Part shown: positions 17,651 through 26,625 of the stretch, in pieces
How positions within the stretch are numbered: position 1 is the stretch's first letter
Layout: each line of letters begins with the position of its first letter
Virus record (IMG/VR): IMGVR_UViG_2531839448_000003
Source of the DNA: a virus
Taxonomy: Duplodnaviria; Heunggongvirae; Uroviricota; Caudoviricetes
Direction: 5' to 3' (one strand)
DNA length: 26,625 nucleotides
Program-made: the position numbers and the translations under genes
The notes under the pieces: generated by a model
Seen by the model: the letters and a program-made list of their open reading frames with translations, nothing else
What the model was told of the DNA's origin: nothing
Databases searched by the model: none

Positions 17651-18112
17651 ATGAACAGAGTAACCGCGATTATCTCCGCTCTGGTTATCTGCATCATCGT
17701 CTGCCTGTCATGGGCTGTTAATCATTACCGTGATAACGCCATTACCTACAAAGCCCAGCGCGACAAAAATGCCAGAGAACTGAAGCTGGCGAACGCGGCA
17801 ATTACTGACATGCAGATGCGCCAGCGTGATGTTGCTGCACTGGATGAAAAATACACGAAGGAGTTAGCTAATGCGAAAGCTGAAAATGATGCTCTGCGTG
17901 ATGATGTTGCCGCTGGTCGTCGTCGGTTGCACATCAAAGCAGTCTGTCAGTCAGTGCGTGAAGCCACCACCGCCTCCGGCGTGGATAATGCAGCCTCCCC
18001 CCGACTGGCAGACACCGCTGAACAGGATTATTTCACCCTCAGAGAGAGGCTGATCACTATGCAAAAACAACTGGAAGGAACCCAGAAGTATATTAATGAG
18101 CAGTGCAGATAG
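17651..18112 (+). CDS. Rz: Rz i-spanin
   Basis: ATG at 17651 overlapping the endolysin stop; 153 aa with N-terminal TM segment ([23 protein letters not shown]) and coiled-coil-like remainder. Confidence 0.85.
   Translation: MNRVTAIISALVICIIVCLSWAVNHYRDNAITYKAQRDKNARELKLANAAITDMQMRQRDVAALDEKYTKELANAKAENDALRDDVAAGRRRLHIKAVCQSVREATTASGVDNAASPRLADTAEQDYFTLRERLITMQKQLEGTQKYINEQCR
17871..18053 (+). CDS. Rz1: Rz1 o-spanin lipoprotein, embedded in Rz in another frame
   Basis: 60 aa with lipobox (LVVVGC) and Pro-rich body ([16 protein letters not shown]). Confidence 0.8.
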   Translation: MRKLKMMLCVMMLPLVVVGCTSKQSVSQCVKPPPPPAWIMQPPPDWQTPLNRIISPSERG

Positions 18113-18143
18113 AGCTGCCCATATCGATGGGCAACTCATGCAA

Positions 18144-18437
18144 TTATTGTGAGCAATACACACGCGCTTCCAGCGGAGTATAAATGCCTAAAGTAATAAA
18201 ACCGAGCAATCCATTTACGAATGTTTGCTGGGTTTCTGTTTTAACAACATTTTCTGCGCCGCCACAAATTTTGGCTGCATCAACAGTTTTCTCCTGTCCA
18301 ATTCCCGAAACGAAGAAGTGATGGGTGATGGTTTCCTTTGGTGTTACTGCTGTCGGTTTGTTTCCAACAGTAAACGTCTGTTGAGCACATCCTGTAATAA
18401 GCATTGCCAGAGCGGCAGAAAACAACATTTTTTTCAT
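18144..18437 (-). CDS. bor: Bor-family outer-membrane lipoprotein
   Basis: ATG at 18435-18437 gives 97 aa (MKKMLFSAALAMLITGCAQQTFTV...) resembling lambda Bor as recalled; lipobox LITGC. Confidence 0.88.
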   Translation of the reverse strand: MKKMLFSAALAMLITGCAQQTFTVGNKPTAVTPKETITHHFFVSGIGQEKTVDAAKICGGAENVVKTETQQTFVNGLLGFITLGIYTPLEARVYCSQ

Positions 18438-18799
18438 CTTATTATCCTGCATTGTTAAAAACGGCAGAATCCTATGTGACAACAATTAAACGATAGTTAA
18501 ATGGATTGATGAAAATTAAAACTATATAGGTGTACGCTCAGACTATTGGAGGAAGTTGGGGACACTCAGAATCCTGTGGAATGAAATAAACCGGTCTATC
18601 CGTCTATTACCCTTTTAGCTGCGCTGTATCGTCGCCGTATTCCCGCATTAACCATGACCGTAGCCCGACGGGGAATTCCTTCTGCGTGAGTGTGCGGGAA
18701 TAATCAAAAACGATGCACACCGGGTTTTACTGTGCTGACAGACGCAGGGTTACCCTCATAGTCGCTTTTCCGGTGCGATGGTGGAAGAAACCGGGATGT

Positions 18800-18994
18800 T
18801 CATCCATCATCACTTTGGATTGATGTATATGCTCTCTTTTCTGACGTTAGTCTCCGACGGCAGGCTTCAATGACCCAGGCTGAGAAATTCCCAGACCCTT
18901 TTTGCTCAAGAGCGATGTTAATTTGTTCAATCATTTGGTTAGGAAAGCGGATGTTGCGGGTTGTTGTTCTGCGGGTTCTGTTCTTCGTTGACAT
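18800..18994 (-). CDS. ylcI: YlcI-like small putative DNA-binding protein
   Basis: 64 aa (MSTKNRTRRTTTRNIRFPNQMIEQINIALEQKG...), between bor and cos as in DLP12-type prophages. Confidence 0.55.
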   Translation of the reverse strand: MSTKNRTRRTTTRNIRFPNQMIEQINIALEQKGSGNFSAWVIEACRRRLTSEKRAYTSIQSDDG

Positions 18995-19193
18995 GAGGTT
19001 GCCCCGTATTCAGTGTCGCTGATTTGTATTGTCTGAAGTTGTTTTTACGTTAAGTTGATGCAGATCAATTAATACGATACCTGCGTCATAATTGATTATT
19101 TGACGTGGTTTGATGGCGTAGATGCACGTTGTGACATGTAGATGATAATTATTATCATTTTGCGGGTCCTTTCCGGCGATCCGACAGGTTACG

Positions 19194-19205
19194 GGGCGGC
19201 GACCT
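19194..19205 (+). other. cosN cohesive-end site
   Basis: ...CCGACAGGTTACG|GGGCGGCGACCTCGCGGGTTTTCGCTATTTATGAAAA matches the lambda right-end/left-end junction as recalled. Confidence 0.8.
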
Positions 19206-19368
19206 CGCGGGTTTTCGCTATTTATGAAAAATTTCCGGTTTAAGGCGTTTCCGTTCTTCTTCGTCATAACTTAATGTTTTTATGTAACCGTCTCATTTAA
19301 ACCGTCTTTCGCCTCCCTTTCCTGTTTCCGATACTAATGTCCATTTTCGCAGTAAAGGGACATTTAAG

Positions 19369-20019
19369 ATGAATGCACGAAAAGCGGTACTGGCAGACAA
19401 TCCGGAATTGATCCTGCGTGTGCTACAGCTGAGATTTGACGAGTCACTGTCGTACCCGCGCATTTCTGCGCAGACCGGTGTCAGCAAAACCGCCATTTTT
19501 TCTCTGGTGAGGCGATTTCACCAGGTATTCACTGACTGGCCTCTTTCCGGTGAATATTCCTGCGGGCAACTGGCCCGGGCTCTTTTCCCGGGGCGATACC
19601 CTTCAGCCCCGACCGTGACTCAGCCTGTGAAAGCAGAGAAACCCCGCCGGAACCGATTTTCACCGGAGTTTAAATGGAGACTGGTTCAGCAAACTCTTTT
19701 ACCCGGTGCCTGTGTCGCACAAATAGCTCGAGAGAATGGAATTAACGATAACCTGCTCTTTAACTGGCGGCATCTCTGGCGTAACGGTGGCCTGCAACCG
19801 CCCGGCGAACATGAAACATCGCTACTTCCCGTGACGTTAACTCCGGAGCCGGATAATAAAATCCCGGCACCAGTGCAGATACCTGAACAGATAAATACAC
19901 TGCCAGACAGTCTGTGCTGCGAGCTGGTTCTGCCGGCCGGAACTCTCAGGCTGAAAGGTGAACTGACACCGGCGTTATTACAGACACTTATCCGCGAAAT
20001 GAAAGGGAGCAGCCACTGA
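19369..20019 (+). CDS. IS66-family Orf1 (TnpA-like)
   Basis: 216-aa first ORF of the element; its stop overlaps the orf2 start (ATGA/TGATG). Confidence 0.75.
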   Translation: MNARKAVLADNPELILRVLQLRFDESLSYPRISAQTGVSKTAIFSLVRRFHQVFTDWPLSGEYSCGQLARALFPGRYPSAPTVTQPVKAEKPRRNRFSPEFKWRLVQQTLLPGACVAQIARENGINDNLLFNWRHLWRNGGLQPPGEHETSLLPVTLTPEPDNKIPAPVQIPEQINTLPDSLCCELVLPAGTLRLKGELTPALLQTLIREMKGSSH

Positions 20020-20366
20020 TGATATCTCTCCCTGCCGGTTCGCGTATCTGGCTGGTTGCCGGTATCACCGATATGCGAAATGGCTTTAACGGCCTGGCCT
20101 CAAAAGTTCAGAACGTCCTGAAGGATGACCCGTTCTCCGGGCATCTGTTCATCTTCCGCGGACGCCGGGGTGACCAGATAAAAGTGCTGTGGGCTGACAG
20201 TGACGGACTGTGCCTCTTCACCAAACGCCTGGAGCGGGGCCGCTTCGTCTGGCCGGTCACCCGCGATGGAAAGGTTCACCTTACTCCGGCTCAGTTGTCC
20301 ATGCTTCTCGAAGGCATCGACTGGAAGCACCCGAAACGAACGGAACGCGCTGGCATCCGCATATAA
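20019..20366 (+). CDS. IS66-family Orf2 (TnpB-like)
   Basis: 115 aa (MISLPAGSRIWLVAGITDMRNGFNGLA...), typical IS66 orf2 size. Confidence 0.85.
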   Translation: MISLPAGSRIWLVAGITDMRNGFNGLASKVQNVLKDDPFSGHLFIFRGRRGDQIKVLWADSDGLCLFTKRLERGRFVWPVTRDGKVHLTPAQLSMLLEGIDWKHPKRTERAGIRI

Positions 20367-20385
20367 CCCGTTGTAAAGTGAGGAT

Positions 20386-21955
20386 ATGGACACCTCACTT
20401 GCTCATGAGAATGCCCGCCTGCGGGCACTGTTGCAGACGCAACAGGACACCATCCGCCAGATGGCGAAATACAACCGCCTGCTCTCACAGCGGGTGGCGG
20501 CTTATGCTTCCGAAATCAACCGGCTGAAGGCGCTGGTTGCGAAACTGCAGCGCATGCAGTTCGGTAAAAGCTCAGAAAAACTTCGCGCTAAAACCGAACG
20601 GCAGATACAGGAAGCCCAGGAGCGAATCAGCGCACTTCAGGAAGAAATGGCGGAAACGCTGGATGAGCAATATGACCCGGTACTGCCATCCCCCCTGCGC
20701 CAGTCTTCAGCCCGTAAGCCGTTACCGGCCTCACTTCCCCGTGAAACCCGGGTCATCCGGCCGGAAGAGGAATGCTGCCCGGCCTGTGGTGGTGACCTCA
20801 GTCCTCTGGGGTGTGATGTGTCAGAGCAACTGGAGCTTATCAGCAGCGCTTTTAAGGTTATCGAAACACAACGTCCGAAACTGGCCTGTTGCCGGTGCGA
20901 CCATATCGTGCAGGCACCAGTACCTTCAAAACCCATTGCACGCAGTTATGCCGGAGCGGGGCTTCTGGCTCATATCGTCACCGGGAAGTATGCAGACCAT
21001 CTGCCGTTATACCGCCAGTCAGAAATATACCTTCGTCAGGGCGTGGAACTGAGTCGCGCCACGCTGGGGCGCTGGACCGGTGCCGTTGCTGAACTGCTGG
21101 AGCCGCTGTATGACGTGCTGCGCCAGTATGTGCTGATGCCCGGTAAAGTCCATGCGGATGATATCCCCGTTCCGGTCCAGGAGCCGGGCAGTGGTAAAAC
21201 AAGAACTGCCCGGCTGTGGTCTATGTCCGTGATGACCGTAACGCCGGTTCACAGATGCCCCCGGCGGTCTGGTTCGCGTACAGCCGGACCGGAAAGGTAT
21301 CCATCCACAGAATCACCTGGCCGGTTACAGCGGTGTGCTTCAGGCAGATGCTTACGGTGGTTACCGGGCGTTATACGAATCCGGCAGAATAACGGAAGCC
21401 GCGTGTATGGCCCATGCCCGGAGAAAAATCCACGATGTGCATGCAAGAGTGCCAACCGACATCACCACGGAAGCCCTGCAGCGTATCGGTGAACTGTATG
21501 TCATCGAGGCAGAAGTCCGGGGATGTTCAGCAGAACAGCGTCTGGCAGCAAGAAAAGCCAGAGCGGCTCCACTGATGCAGTCACTGTATGACTGGATACA
21601 GGAACAGATGAAAACACTGTCGCGTCACTCGGATACGGCAAAAGCGTTCGCATACCTGCTGAAACAGTGGGAGGCCCTGAACGTGTACTGCAGTAATGGC
21701 TGGGTGGAAATCGACAACAACATCGCAGAGAACGCCTTACGGGGAGTGGCCGTAGGCCGGAAAAACTGGCTCTTCGCGGGTTCCGACAGCGGTGGCGAAC
21801 ATGCGGCGGTGTTGTACTCGCTGATCGGCACATGCCGTCTGAACAATGTGGAACCAGAAAAATGGCTGCGTTACGTCATTGAGCATATCCAGGATTGGCC
21901 GGCAAACCGGGTACGCGATCTGTTGCCCTGGAAAGTTGATCTGACCTCTCAGTAA
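20386..21955 (+). pseudogene. IS66-family transposase (Orf3/TnpC) interrupted by frameshift(s)
   Basis: N-terminal 20386-~21219 and C-terminal 21335-21955 are in different frames; a sensible reading ([22 protein letters not shown]) runs in the third frame between ~21219 and ~21284, implying single-base losses in homopolymer runs (TGG, CC). Confidence 0.75.
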
Positions 21956-22092
21956 ATATCAATACGGTTCTGGCGAGCCGCTTACGTTTTTATTTAAAAT
22001 ACCCTCTGAAAAGAAAGGAAACGACAGGTGCTGAAAGCGAGCTTTTTGGCCTCTGTCGTTTCCTTTCTCTGTTTTTGTCCGTGGAATGAACA

Positions 22093-22612
22093 ATGGAAGT
22101 CAACAAAAAGCAGCTGGCTGACATTTTCGGTGCGAGTATCCGTACCATTCAGAACTGGCAGGAACAGGGAATGCCCGTTCTGCGAGGCGGTGGCAAGGGT
22201 AATGAGGTGCTTTATGACTCTGCCGCCGTCATAAAATGGTATGCCGAAAGGGATGCTGAAATTGAGAACGAAAAGCTGCGCCGGGAGGTTGAAGAACTGC
22301 GGCAGGCCAGCGAGGCAGATCTCCAGCCAGGAACTATTGAGTACGAACGCCATCGACTTACGCGTGCGCAGGCCGACGCACAGGAACTGAAGAATGCCAG
22401 AGACTCCGCTGAAGTGGTGGAAACCGCATTCTGTACTTTCGTGTTGTCGCGGATCGCAGGTGAAATTGCCAGTATTCTCGACGGGCTCCCCCTGTCGGTG
22501 CAGCGGCGTTTTCCGGAACTGGAAAACCGACATGTTGATTTCCTGAAACGGGATATTATCAAAGCCATGAACAAAGCAGCCGCGCTGGATGAACTGATAC
22601 CGGGGTTGCTGA

Positions 22613-22638
<26 letters not shown>
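22093..22638 (+). CDS. nu1: Terminase small subunit Nu1
   Basis: 181 aa matching lambda Nu1 as recalled (MEVNKKQLADIFGASIRTIQNWQEQGMPVLRGGGKGNEVLYDSAAVIKWYAERD...). Confidence 0.93.
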
Positions 22639-26319
<3,681 letters not shown>

Positions 26320-26339
<20 letters not shown>

Positions 26340-26625
26340 TCTCCCGCATATTGCCAGCATGGCTTTTAATGAGCCGCTGATGCTTGAACCCGCCTATGCG
26401 CGGGTTTTCTTTTGTGCGCTTGCAGGCCAGCTTGGGATCAGCCGCCTGACGGATGCGGTGTCCGGCGACAGCCTGACTGCCCAGGAGGCACTCGCGACGC
26501 TGGCATTATCCGGTGATGATGACGGACCACGACAGGCCCGCAGTTATCAGGTCATGAACGGCATCGCCGTGCTGCCGGTGTCCGGCACGCTGGTCAGCCG
26601 GACGCGGGCGCTGCAGCCGTATTCG
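26320..26625 (+). CDS. C: Head protease/scaffold protein C, 5' part only (runs off the window)
   Basis: GTG at 26320 overlapping the B 3' end; translation VTAELRNLPHIASMAFNEPLMLEPAYARVFFCALAGQLGIS... resembles the lambda gpC N-terminus; absent from the ORF track because of the GTG start. Confidence 0.85.

Larger units (their letters stand above)
15821..17654 (+). pseudogene. rrrD: SAR endolysin (R21-type lysozyme) disrupted by IS2
   Basis: 5' part 15821-16159 encodes [27 protein letters not shown]... through NVGAGN; the reading frame then runs into IS2; the 3' part resumes in frame after the IS at 17496 ([17 protein letters not shown]...CLWGQQ*) and ends 17654. Confidence 0.88.
19284..21985 (+). 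mobile_element. IS66-family insertion sequence (2702 bp) inserted in cosB
   Basis: Ends GTAACCGTCTC... (19284) and ...CGAGCCGCTTAC (21985), imperfect inverted repeats starting GTAA; 8-bp target-site duplication GTTTTTAT at 19276-19283 and 21986-21993; flanks rejoin to give the lambda cos sequence CTTAATGTTTTTATTTAAAATACC; three-ORF IS66-type organisation. Confidence 0.85.

Noticed and set aside
19010-19496. Minus-strand ORFs overlapping the cos site and the IS66-family left end (19010-19267, 19293-19496)
   Set aside because: They span cosN and the IS terminus, both non-coding DNA; no Shine-Dalgarno and implausible composition.
20210-21252. Multiple overlapping ORFs inside the IS66-family transposase region (for example 20537-21052, 20637-20936, 21019-21252)
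   Set aside because: They are alternative-frame or antisense ORFs within the GC-rich transposase gene; only the frameshifted transposase reading is credible.

Overview
This window is a mosaic lambdoid prophage read from integrase to the start of head gene C; the layout resembles lambda, with a DLP12-like nin/Q/lysis block and Rac-like YdaS/YdaT immunity partners. All protein identifications come from reading the translations by eye, not from a search. Gene order: int-xis, small early-left genes (TraR/DksA-like, Dam-like methyltransferase), Red recombination genes exo-bet-gam that read as essentially lambda, an AT-rich two-gene cassette co-oriented with cI, the immunity region (cI, Cro/YdaS-like, YdaT-like), replication genes O and P with ori iterons inside O, an AT-rich two-gene moron on the opposite strand, ybcN-ninE-ybcO-rusA-ylcG-Q, an intact NmpC-type porin, the lysis cassette, bor, cos, and Nu1-A-W-B-C. 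Two insertion sequences interrupt it: IS2 splits the endolysin gene and an IS66-family element sits inside cosB, so the prophage is probably lysis- and packaging-defective. The best candidate for an undescribed system is the cassette at 5734-7286, an HTH-ImmA/IrrE-type metallopeptidase protein coupled to a PIN-like protein in the slot where lambda carries rexAB. The second candidate is the moron at 10821-11623, a small soluble protein coupled to a three-helix membrane protein.
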